From: Callorhinchus milii
Lineage: Eukaryota
Reading direction: 5' to 3'
DNA length: 64,000 bases
Assembly (NCBI RefSeq): GCF_018977255.1
Contig: NW_024704743.1
Span: forward strand, 15,068,001 to 15,132,000
Below are positions 1-12,467 of the stretch, one piece after another (positions within the stretch are counted from its first letter, which is position 1; each line of letters opens with the position of its first letter). The notes under the pieces were generated by a model. The model was not told the DNA's origin and searched no databases. It was given only the letters and a program-made list of their open reading frames with translations. Made by a program: the position numbers and the translations under genes.

Positions 1-809
1 CTTTACCAAGTTTGACCAATATGTTTTTGCAGTCTCAAGAAATCAGTTTAAATAGTGACAAATTTTGAGCCCCTTTTCTATTCTTCCAATGAGAGACACA
101 TAAAGCTTTACTTCAAGAGGTTTACTACCACATTAAAATTGCAAAACATACAATGATAGGCTGGCAACATTTCCAAACAGTTTACTGTTTTTTCTACTTT
201 TAAGCCCAACTGTAAAGATAAACAATATTGCAATGTTCACCAGACAATAACATCTGAAGTGTAAGGATGTATGTATTTTACTCTTGCTCAGTGATGCTGT
301 ATTCCTATAGATAATAACCTATACTTCAGTGCGTTTGAAGACTGAAGCGTTCAGATAATAGTTAATATTATCTAATCATCTCAGTTCTGCAGACATGAAA
401 CTATTTACACAACACAATAATAAAAAAAATATTGCATTTGATATTGTGTCGAGAACATCTCAAATCACTTCATAAAGTTTCTGAGCACCTCTATGTAAAC
501 TGATACGAGCAGCCAACACGTTTAAATAAATTCATATTAGCCGTGAACTGCTGAGCCGTCCAAGTACTGGAGGATCCCTAAGTTCTCCTGAACAGGTTGT
601 ATTGTCAGCAATGCAGCTTTACCCTTATGACACGACTTCTGATTTGGGGCTGAGAGAGAAATCTGACAAATGATTTTGATAAAATTAATAGACAGCTGTG
701 TTGCCCAGCTTGTGATTTTACCCAAAACACAAATTGCAATGCCATCCCAAAGCCAGCTTTATAACTGGGTAAAATGGATTATGCATTGGGATTTTGAACA
801 TTTACAAAA

Positions 810-1100
810 TAAATAATAATTCTTGCAGGTAATATAGCACCTTATCACATCATTGAGATGTACAGGGCTTTACAGAATATACTGGATAATGGATTGAATT
901 TTTCTTTTTTTAAAAAAGGGATTATTACCGCCAGAAAGTGATCCACCAATCGATTAAGAAACAGGTTTCTAATTATTGCAGGGTAAACAGAGGCACCTGG
1001 AATAAGGAAACTTGCTCAAGGTTTCACCCTGCCTGGGAATTGAACCCAGGTACTCTCGCTTGCGAGGCGGGTGATGTAACCAATATTCTACAGGACTCCA
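810..1100 (-). mobile_element. tRNA-SINE
   Basis: Head ends caggactccac at ~1100; long-subfamily core. Confidence 0.78.
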
Positions 1101-2027
1101 CTCCAAAAGGTGGTTCATTTGTATTCAAATAAACTTTCCTCAGTTCTCACCACGCTTTACGACTGCCAGCATATCAATTTCAAAGTCCCCACCCTTACCT
1201 ACAATTCTATCACACCGTGGCACCTTTTTTTCCTCAAATAGAAAACAGTAGGCATTCAAAAAATGTGGAAAAAAACAGTTATCTTAAACTTGAATTCACA
1301 GGTCCAGAAGGAAAATGTCTCAATCATTATTTCTTCCCCTTTGCCAAGGAGCTAACTGAACAGCTCTTTTCAAAACCATGTCACAAGTAAGGAAATTACA
1401 TTGAAGTCCACTCAATTCTGACTACAATTGAAACCCTATTGCACAAGATGAATTTGTCCTTCCCCCAACCACTGATATTTATTTACTGAGTATAATTAAG
1501 AACAATCAACAAAGCACGGCAAAATGGCACAGTGCAACGAAGTCCGAACACTATGCCACATAAGTGTTTGGACACAGGTTTGTGTGTATTATGGAAAAGG
1601 CATACATGCTTGCCAACACTGCATATCACTAAGAAAAGCCCAGACGCTTATCTGCAGAAGGGCAAAACCACCTCCCAGCGACTGGCTTCGAAGCAATATT
1701 GGTGAAAACTAGATATTTCTACTATATTTTCCAGAAGAGTTAAATGGAAACTGCATTTGCTACTTTAAGAATTACAAGAATTTATCCAATCTAGTCAAGT
1801 CCTTTGCAAAATTTGTAACTTGTTGCTTTTGTGAACTCTTCTAAACATATAATGACCAAAGAAGATGACTTAGTGCAAGCAAAACATCTAAGAGAAATTA
1901 TCTTACACTGCTCTCTATTCATAGCTTAAACAAAAATCTCCATGATTCAAACACCCCCCTACCCACAGTTTAACAACCTGTTATAATCTAAGACAATAAA
2001 CTCTGACCAGGTGACATTCATGTGGTC

Positions 2028-2247
2028 CCTGTATATTTGTGGGCGAACGCGGCAGCCAATTGCGCACAGCAATGTCCCACAAACAGTCATGGATTGAAAA
2101 TGACCAATTTTATTATTGTTTTTGGAGGAATTATTATTAGGCGTGTGGAGTAAGGAAACTTCCCCAAGGTTTCCCCCTGTCTGGAATTGAACTCGGGTCT
2201 CTCACTTGCAAAGCGAGTGCTCTAATCACTGAGCTACAGGACTCCAT
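2028..2247 (-). mobile_element. tRNA-SINE, short subfamily, 3'-truncated
   Basis: Reverse complement of the young SINE. Confidence 0.85.
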
Positions 2248-3339
2248 TATCAGTCTTCTTGCAACCTCAACTGCCAACTAGATAGTGTTACCATATTTTC
2301 CAGAAGAGTTAAATGGAAACTGCATTAGCTACTTCAGCTTGCAGATTATTTCACAATATGTTCATCTATTTAGTTTTCTATTTGTCTTGATTCAGCCTGA
2401 ACTCAAGTGTTGTGAACTAGTTTATTCATCCAAACTCTTGGTGTAGTTGGGTTTTATTCATTCATGACTCCCATTTCCTAGTATGATACAATTTTACACC
2501 AAACCATAATATGATTGTACTGTGATGCCACCCTGCAATTTTCAATTTAGCAATATTCGGAAAAACAAGCTTGCAGAGCCAGTTTTCACACGATTAAAGA
2601 AATACTCCCTTCACAAAATGGATGACATCAGAAGAAATGTAAGTGATAACTTTGTAGAGAAAAAGGTTAGAGAAATTAAAATAGATAAAATTAATAAAAT
2701 AAGTGAAATAGAAAAAAGAAAATGTGAGGAAAAAGGGACAACATATTCATGGATAATTCTTAAACTTTAAATTTATTTAAATTGTTTTTGTATTTTATCA
2801 GTTTAGGATAAAATTACCCAGATGTTTGAGTTCATTCGTTAGGATAAATCATATTTTTCCAGCATCAATGTTCTGAAAACATAAATCTGATTGCCACCCA
2901 GTCTTCTTAGAATTTAAGGATCAAGTTTCCACATCTATCCACTAATTCAGCAATTATAGTCCAAATAAATAACATCCACAAATCCACATTATCAGTTCTT
3001 TCAGCATTTTAAATAGCCGACTGAGCTGTCCATGCTATTGATCAGTTACCTACTCTACCAAAGAAATATTCAATCAAGAAAAAACTGAAAACATACTACC
3101 GATCGAACACAGATTTAGCTAGTGAATGTTTGAGGGTTGCTTCTTGATGACCCCGCAAGCCATTTATAGATAGCCCTCAGGCCATAGGATGGCCACCACT
3201 GGTTTAGACCAAAGTTGACAGACTCATGCATTGCTTCCTCTTGGTCTGCTCCACCCACACTATAGAACTGTTATATTTTCTTATAGATTACTTGAAGTTC
3301 AGTTTCCTAAATTCTGCTACTAAAAAATCTGATACTGTA

Positions 3340-3640
3340 TAATAATAATCCTTGCATTTGATATAGCACCTTATAGGCTCTTCACAGGATATACTGCAAA
3401 ATGAATTGACTGTATATTTTGTGGGTGAACAGTAGTGGATTGGCTAACCAATTTTTTTTTGCAGGATTCCGCCACGTTTAGCAATCCGCCAATCAACTGA
3501 CAACTGGGTTCCTACTTACTGCTAAGTAAGAGGTGTGTGGAGTAAGGAAACTTACGTTTTACCCTGCCCGGGAATTGAACCCAGGTCCTCACGCTTGCGA
3601 GGCAAGTGTTCTAACCACGTAACTACAAGACTCCACAATA
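3340..3640 (-). mobile_element. tRNA-SINE
   Basis: (AAT)n-ccttgcatttgatatag tail and head. Confidence 0.82.
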
Positions 3641-4939
3641 CTAAGGTACAGGACTCCATAATATTATTACTATAATACTAAATTCTAAAACCATTCTCAA
3701 AGAAAACCAAAATAATCCAGCCAAACATCTATCGGTTTTAGCCAGATAGGAATTTAAAATGAGTAAATGAGTACCAAATTACTATTAGTAAAAATTAAAA
3801 TATATCTATATGAAAAACTGGACAGTCCTTAAACTCATTGGAAACAAGCGATTCAAAACTGAAATTGGATATACAAGCCGGTTACAGACAGAAGGAACAT
3901 AAGGTGTTTTACCAATAAATTGTACAATCCCCTTGATAATCGATAGAAATCATCTATCATCCTTATTTATCTGCATAACAATTACTCATTGTACACATTC
4001 TCTTTGCAGTTAGCTTATAAATTCAAGCACACATGTGTAAAGCAACTAATCATTTTTAACTAAAAACACTTTTTCAAAAGTTTATTTTCTCAGTTTTGTT
4101 TTGAAATATTTGTATTGTACTTTATCCTCAAATCATGATATGTTAACAAGTAGTCTCTGGGCAATTCGTCACTCCAAAGGAAAAGAGCTCAGCGACAAAT
4201 TATCCTGAGTGGCGTGTTAGGCATGGGTTCTCCCGAGTCACAAGGGGCCAATGTGACTGGTGCAGATGCTCAGCAAAGGTGGAGTATGCATTCTCAGATG
4301 CATCGCAAAGGCCTCTGTTCCAACGGAGGGACACATTGTGGCCTCGTTCCGTCAGGGTACGACAGAAAGCCTCTGCGATGGAAGATACCATCTTATACCA
4401 TAAGTTATCCAATCAATTTTACAATGTAAATACTTACAAGAATTTCTAGAATGCAACCAGTTACGTGTTATGCAGAATGGAGTCCCTTACTAACTATTTG
4501 TATGGGAAGCAGCCGTGGTACTGACAGCATGGTGACTGAAGTGGTAGTGACAAGTTAAGCCAGGATCGAGTTATCAGAAGTTTACTGTAGTATCCCAACT
4601 GGTATCAGCTCAGATGTTCTGTTGATAAAAATCTCACCTCTGAGCCAGGTTGTGGGTTCTTGCCCCACCTTTAGGACTTTGAGACCATAGTCTAGGTTGA
4701 CATTTCAATGCAGTGCTGGAGGAGAGCTGGATTATCAGAGGTGGTGTACATCAGGTGCTATTTTAAGCCAAGGTTCTTTCTGCCCATTTTGGTGAGTGTT
4801 AAAGATAAAATAGCTCTTCAATTCATGATTTTTTGTGGGACCTTTCTGTGTACAAATTTTTGTAAACAAAAATAAATTCCACTCATGGCCATGACAAAAA
4901 ATATCCCAATGTCAAGACCCAGTATTTCCTGCTATGAAA

Positions 4940-6548
4940 CAACAGGGTGATAATGAATTCCAAAGGTGGGACACTTTGAAACAAAGAAAGCAATAAGAAG
5001 TGCAAAAAGGGTATACGAGAAAAAACTTGCAAGGAATATCAAGGGCAACAGTAAACATTTTTATAAATATGAGAGAAAGAGAGTGGTAAAGGGTACTTTG
5101 GGCCTATTAAAGGCAGATTGTTGAATGAATTCCTTGCTTCCAATTTCACAGTAGAGGAAGAGGACAAAATATCAGTGGTACAAGGGAACCTAAAAATAAG
5201 CCAAAGAAGTACTAAATGGATTTATAAATACAAAAATGGTAATGGAGAAAATAATGGAACTACAGATAGACAAGTCTCCAGGACCTGATAAGATTCCACC
5301 CCATGGTATTAAAATAAGTAGGTGGGAAAATTGCAGACGTGTTAGTCATCATTTTGATTACCCCCATCCAACCCCGAAAAAACATCAAACGGGAGGACAA
5401 TGTTGCTATTGTTATTCACCGTAAAGTGAATTGTGGGTGAAATGCGGCAGCCAATTGCTCACAACAGTATCCCACAAACAGTCATGGACTGAATGACCTA
5501 TTTATTATTATTTACTTTGTTTTTTTAAAAAAAGGAATTATTACCCCCGGAAAAGCGATGCGGCAATCGACTAATAACCGGGTTTCAACTTAATGCTAGA
5601 TAAACAGAGGCATGTGGACTAACGAAACTTGCCCAACATTTCTCCCTGCCGGGAATCAAACACAGGTCTCTCGCTTGCGAAGCAAGTGCTCTAACTACTG
5701 AGCTACAAGATTTCACAGGAGCAGGAAGTTACAAAGACTTAAGAGAGATTAAGCCGGTAGATAAAACTGGCAGATGCAATTCAATGTGGTGAGTTGTGAG
5801 GTCATCCACTATGGATCCAAAACTTACAAAACAAATATTTTCTAAATGGTGAGAAACTAAGAACTGTGAAAGAGCAAAGGGATTTGGGTGTCCACGTGCA
5901 CAAATCACTAAAAACAAGCTCACAGGTACAAAAAGTTATCCAAAAGGCTAATGGCCTTTATCTCAAGGGGGCTGGAATACAAAGGAGAGGAAATGATGTT
6001 TCGACTATATAGACCCTTGGTCAGACACCATCTGGAGTACAGCATTCAGTTTTGGACACTGCCTCAGGAAAGATATATTGGCTCTGGAGGGAGTGCAGCA
6101 CAAATTCACCAGAATGATACCAGGGCTAAAAGGGTTAAATTATGAGGACAGGTTGCATAATCTTGGTCTCTATTCCCTTCAGTTTAGAAAGTTAATGGGT
6201 GAACTGATGGAGATTTTTAAAATAATAAAAGGATTCGATAGGATAGATACAGAGAAACTATTTCCTCTGGTAGAGGGCATATTCTTAAAATTAGAGCTAG
6301 ACCATTTAGGAGTAAAATTAGGAGGCAGTTTTTCCACCCAAAGAGTAGTGAAAATCTGGAACTCTCTCCCCCAAAAGGCTCTGCATACCAGATCCATTCA
6401 CATCTTCAAGACTGAGATGGATAGATATTTGTTAGGTCAGGGTATTAAAGGATACAGAGCAAGGATAGGTAATCGGACTTGAGGTACAGGTCAGCCATGA
6501 TTTTATTTTACAGGCTTGAGGGGCTGAATGGCCTACTCCAGTTTCTAT
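4940..6548 (+). mobile_element. CR1 LINE fragments interrupted by a SINE
   Basis: DKSPGPD, LVRHHLEYSIQFW and YEDRLHNLGLYSL motifs; tail gggctgaatggcctactcc. Confidence 0.88.
5405..5716 (-). mobile_element. tRNA-SINE nested in CR1
   Basis: Reverse complement of the long subfamily, interrupting the CR1 fragment. Confidence 0.82.
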
Positions 6549-7064
6549 GATAGTGTGCTGTCCCATGGAATATATTGATATCAAGTAAACTAAATAAACA
6601 AAGATGAATCATAGAAATGTTCAGATGGCAACCATTTCGCCAATCGAGTCTGCACTGGTTCTCAAAGCATGGTGTTTAAACTTACTGCCCTGCCTAATCC
6701 CCAACACTTTCAAGCCTTTATTCTTCATATATCTGTCCACATCCCTCTAGAAACCTGTAACAATGGGCACTATTACCTTATTTAGCAGAGCATTTCACAT
6801 CCAAACTGAGTGAAAAAAACTCCTAACCTCTCGTTGTAACACAAATATAGCCTGTCGTCATTGACTCTCAATGGAAACTTTTTCATCTTATTTCAATTAT
6901 GAGCATTAACGTGTTTATATATAGCACATATAAAATAAACAAGATATTCCAAGCTCTTATTTAAAAAAAATTAAGTTGCCAAACTGGTTTGAAACGGGAG
7001 ACAATAAAAGAGCACAACTAAGGAGGAGGAGCAGCAAGCAGGTAACCAGGCCTGATGCTTGTGG

Positions 7065-7345
7065 GGGAGAGAGCAGAGGGAGGGAGGGGAGCAGAGAGGG
7101 GGGGAGGGAGGGGAGCAGAGAGCAGGGAGGGGGGGAGAGGGGGGAAGCGCAGAGGAGGGGGGGAGAGAGGGGGGAAGCGCAGAGGAGGGGGGGGAAGCGC
7201 AGAGGAGGGGGGGAAGCGCAGAGGAGGGGGGGGAAGCGCACAGGAGGGGGGGGAAGCGCAGAGGAGGGGGGGGAAGCGCAGAGGAGGGGGGGGGGGGGAA
7301 GCGCAGAGGGAGGGGGAAGCGCAGAGGGGGGGGGAAGCGCAGGTG
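7065..7345 (+). repeat. G-rich minisatellite, ~20-bp unit GGGGAAGCGCAGAGGAGGGG
   Basis: About 10 tandem copies with variable G-run length, in PDCD6IP intron 1. Confidence 0.95.
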
Positions 7346-7544
7346 TGTGGGGAGTGCCGCGCGCGTGCACGTGTGTCGGAGTGCGCGGGTGTGTGGCGAG
7401 TATATGGGTGCGAGGCACCTGGTGCAGTCAGTCAGTCGGGCCTCCTCCCACCCCCACCAGACACCGCCTGGATTCCCGTAGCCACGGCCGCGCTCCCCCC
7501 GCGTGGCTGAAGCTGCTGCTCCTCTCCTCGCGGTCCCCCGCCCC

Positions 7545-7601
7545 GGGGGCCGGGCCGGGCTGGGCCGAGCCGGGCCGGGCTGGGCCGGGCCGGGCCGGGC
7601 C
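7545..7601 (+). repeat. (GGGCY)n pentamer microsatellite next to the PDCD6IP exon 1 donor
   Basis: gggccgggctgggccgagccgggccgggctgggccgggcc... Confidence 0.85.
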
Positions 7602-7605
7602 TCAC

Positions 7606-7814
7606 CTGAGCAGGATTTCCAGGGAGCTGTCGTGCTTGTCGAGCGGCCTGCCCACGGCGCTCTTGCGCAGTTTGCTGAGCTCCTCGGCCGCCCTGATGTA
7701 CTCGGACTGGGCCTCGCCGCTCGGGTTGGTGCTGGCGATGAACTTGGAGAGCGGTTTGGCGAAGTCCACCTCCGAGGACTTCTTGAGCGGCACCGACACG
7801 AACCCGGTCGCCAT
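7606..7814 (-). CDS. PDCD6IP: PDCD6IP/ALIX coding exon 1 (start of Bro1 domain); later exons lie left of the window
   Basis: MATGFVSVPLKKSSEVDFAKPLSKFIAST...AAEELSKLRKSAVGRPLDKHDSSLEILLR matches the ALIX N-terminus. The exon is 209 nt, ends AG|GTGAG and sits in a CpG island. Confidence 0.96.
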
Positions 7815-7974
7815 CGTTACCGGCTCGAGAGTGGCGGCAGCGCTGGCTGACTTCCGCCAGTGACGTCAGAGGCCGCAGTCAGGTGGTGCAGAGGCCGGCG
7901 CTGCCCAACAGTCTGTCCCAACAAGTTGGTGGGGGGGTGGGGGAGGAGCGAGGCGGGGAACAAGGACTGTCAAT

Positions 7975-8350
7975 CATAATAATAATATAATAGTAATAAT
8001 CCTTGCATTTGATATTGCATTTGATACAGGGCCTTATCACCTCGCGCTTCACAGGATATACTGGAAAGTGAATTAACTGTGTTTTGGGGGTGAAACGCGG
8101 CAGCCAATTAATTGCACACAGCGGCGGCCCGCAAACAGCCGTGGATTGAAGTGACCAAATTATTATTATTATTATTATTATTACCCTAATCCACCAATTG
8201 ACTTGACAGCTAGATTCAAATTTACTGCCAGGTAAACAAGACGTGTTGGGTAAGGAAACTTACCCTAACGTTTCGCCCCGCCCAGGAATCGAATGCGGAT
8301 CCTCTCGCTTGCAAGGCGAGTGCTCTAACCACTACACGACAGGAGTCCAC
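7975..8350 (-). mobile_element. tRNA-SINE upstream of the PDCD6IP promoter
   Basis: Reverse complement of the SINE head and tail. Confidence 0.85.
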
Positions 8351-8525
8351 AACCCATTTGACCTCATTTTTCTTTATCGCCTGCAAGGATGGGTGCCACC
8401 AATTGGGAGGAGATGGCACCCAGTACAGCTTGCATTCCCAGTCTGGCTCAGTGGGTGGCACTCCCGCCTCTGAGTCACAAGCTTGTTGGTTCCAAGACCG
8501 AAGTCAGGACTTTAAACCAATTATC

Positions 8526-8765
8526 CAGTCTAATGGTAGCCAACCATTTATATTCAGCCAATAAAATAAGTGTTCTTGATTGAATATTTCTTGATTTTTT
8601 TTGCCATATATGAAGAAATATTCAATCAAGAAAAAGCTGAAAATACATGAGCGATCCAATATGGACTTACATAGTACGAATTGTCAGGGGTGGGGTGAGG
8701 GGGGTGCTTCTTGATCGCCCCATCAGCCACTTCCAAACCTCAGGTTAGCTTCTTCTGGTCTAGAA
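8526..8765. mobile_element. hAT-like MITE fragment with internal palindrome
   Basis: Perfect 20-bp inverted repeat (8573-8592 / 8613-8632). Homologous to 3055-3210 and 63885-63941, which end in CAGTG(G/T)TGGCCA-type termini. Confidence 0.6.
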
Positions 8766-8824
8766 GAAGTTTGCCTACAACATTGCACATTATATTAACT
8801 CCTATAAAGTACTCCAATACATTA

Positions 8825-11650
8825 GATACACAGCATATAAACAGGCCATTTGGCCTAACTGGTCTATTCCCAGTGTTTATGCTCCACATGAGCCTCCTCC
8901 TGCCCTTCTTCAACTAAGCCTTCAAGCATAACCTTCTATTCCTTTCTCCCTCATGTACCTCTCTAGCTTCCCCTTAAATACATCTATGCTATTTGCCTCA
9001 ACAACTCCTTGTGGTAACATGTTCCACATTCCCACTACTCTCTGTGTGAAGAAATTTCTTCTAATTTCCCTGTTTGATCAATTTGTGACTATTGTATATT
9101 GATGGCCCCTGGTTTTGGTCTCCCCCACAGTGGAAACATCTTCCCTATGTCTACCCTATCAAAACCTTTCATCATTTTAAAGACCTCTATCAGGTCACCC
9201 CTTACCTTCTCCTTTTCAAGAGAAAAGAGTCCAAGCATTTTCAACCTTTCCTAATAGGTATAACCTCTTAGTTTTGGGATCATCCTTGTGAATCTCCTTT
9301 GCACCCTCTCCAGTGCCTCTACATCCGTTCTATAATGTGGGGACCAGAACTGCACACAGTATTCTAAGTGTGGTCTAACCAAGGTCCTATAGAAGTTTAC
9401 CATAACTTCCCTGCTTTTCTTATCAATCCCTCTAGAAATGAACCCCAATGCCTGGTTTGCCTTTTTTATGGCCTTATTAATCTGCGTTGCTACTTTTAGT
9501 GAATTGTGTATGTGTACCCCAGGATCCCTTTGCTCCTCTATCCCATTTAGGTTATTATTTTCCAGGATGTATGTGATTTCCTTATTCCTTCTACCAAAAT
9601 GTACCACCTCACACTTTTCTACATTGAAATGCATTTGCCATTTAATGCCCATTCAGCAAGTTTATTAATGTCTTGCTGTAATGTGTCGCAGTCCTCTGTA
9701 TTAACTATTCCCCCCAATTTGGTGTCACCTGCAAATTTTGAAATTGTACTGCTGATTCCCAAGTCCAAATCATGAATGTATATTGTGAACAACAGTGGTC
9801 CCAATACTGATCCTTGTGGAACACCACTGCCCACCCCCTGCCAGTCTGAGAAGCTATCCTTTACCCCTATTCTCTGTTTTCTGTTTTGCAGCCAGCTTGC
9901 TATTTTTCCCCTGACTCCACATGCTCTGACCTTATTCATTAGTCTATTATGTGATTCCTTATCGAACACCTTTTAGAAATCTAAATATATTACATCTACC
10001 ACATTACCCTTGTCTCCTCTTTCTGTTACTACCTTCAAAGAATTCAATGAAGTTGGTCAAACATGATCTACCTTTTTGAAATCCGTGCTGACTATTCTTT
10101 ATTATGTTTTCCATTTCTAGATGTTTTTCTATTACCTCTTTCGGGAGGATTCCATTATCTTTCCTACCACCGATGTTAAGCTAACAAGTATATAGTTCCC
10201 TGGGCTTGTTCTATCTCCCTTTATAAATATAGGTATAACATTAGCTATCCTCCAATCCTCTGGCACTACTCCCTTTTCTAATGAGTTATTATATATGTGT
10301 AATAGTGCCTCTGCTATCTTTTCCTTCGATTCTTTTAAAACACACAGATGCAATCCATCTGGACCAGGGGATTTATCCTCTCTGAGTTTCATTACTTTTT
10401 TGATTATATCTCCCTTTGTATCTTAAATGTATTTATATTATTTTCGATCTCTTCTACTGTTATGTCCTCCTGATTCATCTCCCTGGTGAATACTGAGACA
10501 AAGTAATTATTTAACATTTCTGCCATTTCGCTTTCGCGGTCTGTAATCTTATCTTGTCCATCCTTTAGTAGCCCTATTCCTATTTTGATTTATCTTTTGT
10601 TATTTATATGTCTGTAGAATATTTTACTATTTCTTTATATTCCTTGATAATTTAATTTCATAATTCCTCTTTGCCTTCCTAATTGTTTTTTTTGACTATT
10701 TTCCTGACCTCTTCGTATTTTTTTTTGTCATGCTCTCCCTTGTTGTTTACATACTTAGTTGAACACCTCTTTCCTGAGTCTCAACTTTGCCCTTATGTCT
10801 TTATTCATCCATGGTGTCTCATTATTATTTAGCTTTGTCTTTTTAGTGGAATATATTTCTCCTGGACTATTGATCACTGTTTTAAATGTTTCCCACTGCT
10901 GCTCTGTCTCTTTGTTTGCCAATATTGTTTTCCAGTTTTTTTTTTCAAGTTCCATTCTCAACCTCTCAAAATCAGCTTTATTCCTATCTATTACCCTGCT
11001 TTTTGTCATACTGATGTCTTTCTCAATCATTATCTTAAACCTTATTAAATTATGATCGCTATTACCTAGATGTACTTGTACTTTTCTTATCTACTCTGGT
11101 TCATTTCTCATTACTAAATCCAGCAGGGATTTCCCCCTTGTTGGGCCGCTTACATACTGGGTAAGAAAGGAATCCTGTACACATTGAAGGAACTCCATTC
11201 CCTTATCCCCTTTATCTACCTCTTCTAGCCAATTTAGTAGTTGAAATCCTCCATGATTATTACATTATGCTTTTACTCATTTCCCTAATTTGCTTGCATA
11301 TTTCTTCCTCTGCCTTCCTTCAACTATTAAGTGGTCTGTAGAGTACCCCTATTTGTGTGATTGATCCCTTATCTTTTATCTCTATCCACATAGATTCCGT
11401 TTCTATCTGATGGCTTTGTCCCTTTTTTCTACTGCCATGATGTTATCCCTAATGAGTACAGCTTCTCCACTGCCCTTTTTCCCATCTCTATCCTTTCTAA
11501 ATACGTTATACCCTGCAATGTTTAATTGCCAATTCTGTTCATTTTGTAGCCACGTTTCAGTAATCCCAATTATATCTGGTTCCTCACTACAAATTATTGC
11601 CGCCAGTTCTCCTGTTTTATTTCAGATGCGGTGTACATTGCTGCACAGAC
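8825..11650 (-). mobile_element. CR1-clade LINE, ~2.8 kb decayed ORF2 (endonuclease remnant and RT) with 3' tail
   Basis: Fragment ORFs KSPGPDGLH, GVPQGSVLGPLLFTIYIHDLD..KFAGDTKL and LVRPHLEYCVQFWSP; frameshifted. Confidence 0.93.
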
Positions 11651-11934
11651 AGTTTACTTTATTATTATTAATTGTTCCTCATTTTATTTTTGACAGTGTT
11701 TTCACACTTCTGTTCTTTAATTGTATTAATTCCCTGACCATTTATATTCTCCGTATTTCTTACTTTGTCTGGCTTGAGCCATTTCCTTCTGATCCTTCCT
11801 GACACAAGAGGTACTATAAGTAAAGCAAGGTTAATTATTGTGTAGTAGAGAAATGATAATTGTACCAATTGGGATCAGCCCCATCGTGGATATGCAAAGA
11901 ATGAACAGTGGATGGCTTGCAACCGAGCTTGCAA

Positions 11935-12467
11935 CCCTCGCTCGCCTCCACTGGCTCCCCATCCCCCAGAGGATTGATTTCAAGATCCTCATCCTCACCT
12001 ACAAGGCCATTCACGGCCTTGCTCCCTCCTACCTCTCCAACCTACTATCCCCCTACCTACCTGCCCGTACCCTCCGTTCCTCTGGCTCCGGTCTGCACCA
12101 CGTCCCCCGCCCCAACCGCCCTACTATCGGTGGTCGGGCCTTAAGCCTCTCAGCCCCCAGGCTCTGGAACTCCATCCCCCAGTGCCTTCGCCTTGCTTCC
12201 TCCCTTTCCTTCTTCAAGGCCGGTCTCAAAACCTTTCTCTTTGAGCGTGCCTTCAGCTCCCCTCTCGACTCTCTTCCTCCTCCTCGCTCCCTCCCTTCCC
12301 TCCCCTCACCCTGACCATTTCCCCCCTCCTCTCTCCCTCCCTTCCCTCCCTCACCCTGACCATTTCCCCCCTGCTCGGGTCATGACCCAACTGTGCAGCG
12401 CCTTGGGACGTCCTCCTGACGTGAAAGGCGCTCTATAAATGGAATCTTGTTGTTGTTGTTGTTGTTG
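11935..12467 (+). mobile_element. Young L2 LINE 3' end with (GTT)n tail
   Basis: LHWLPIPQRIDFKILILTYKAIHGLAPSYLS motif, 3' stem-loop and (GTT)n. Nearly identical to the copies at 17745 and 39925. Confidence 0.92.

Larger units (their letters stand above)
7340..7960 (-). promoter_or_regulatory. CpG island and promoter of PDCD6IP
   Basis: CpG-dense. ETS-type CTTCCG at 7851-7856 and a full CRE TGACGTCA at 7861-7868 lie just upstream of the ATG. Confidence 0.8.

Noticed and set aside
1..7600. PDCD6IP exon 2 (YYDQ...FPFSENQ)
   Set aside because: Not found in the window; intron 1 apparently extends past the left edge.
6957..7863. Long G/R/P-rich ORFs (up to 295 aa)
   Set aside because: Products of the minisatellite and of the antisense strand of PDCD6IP exon 1.
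8825..11650. Active LINE
   Set aside because: Multiple frameshifts and stops, and the YADD-equivalent motif is degraded (FAGD).
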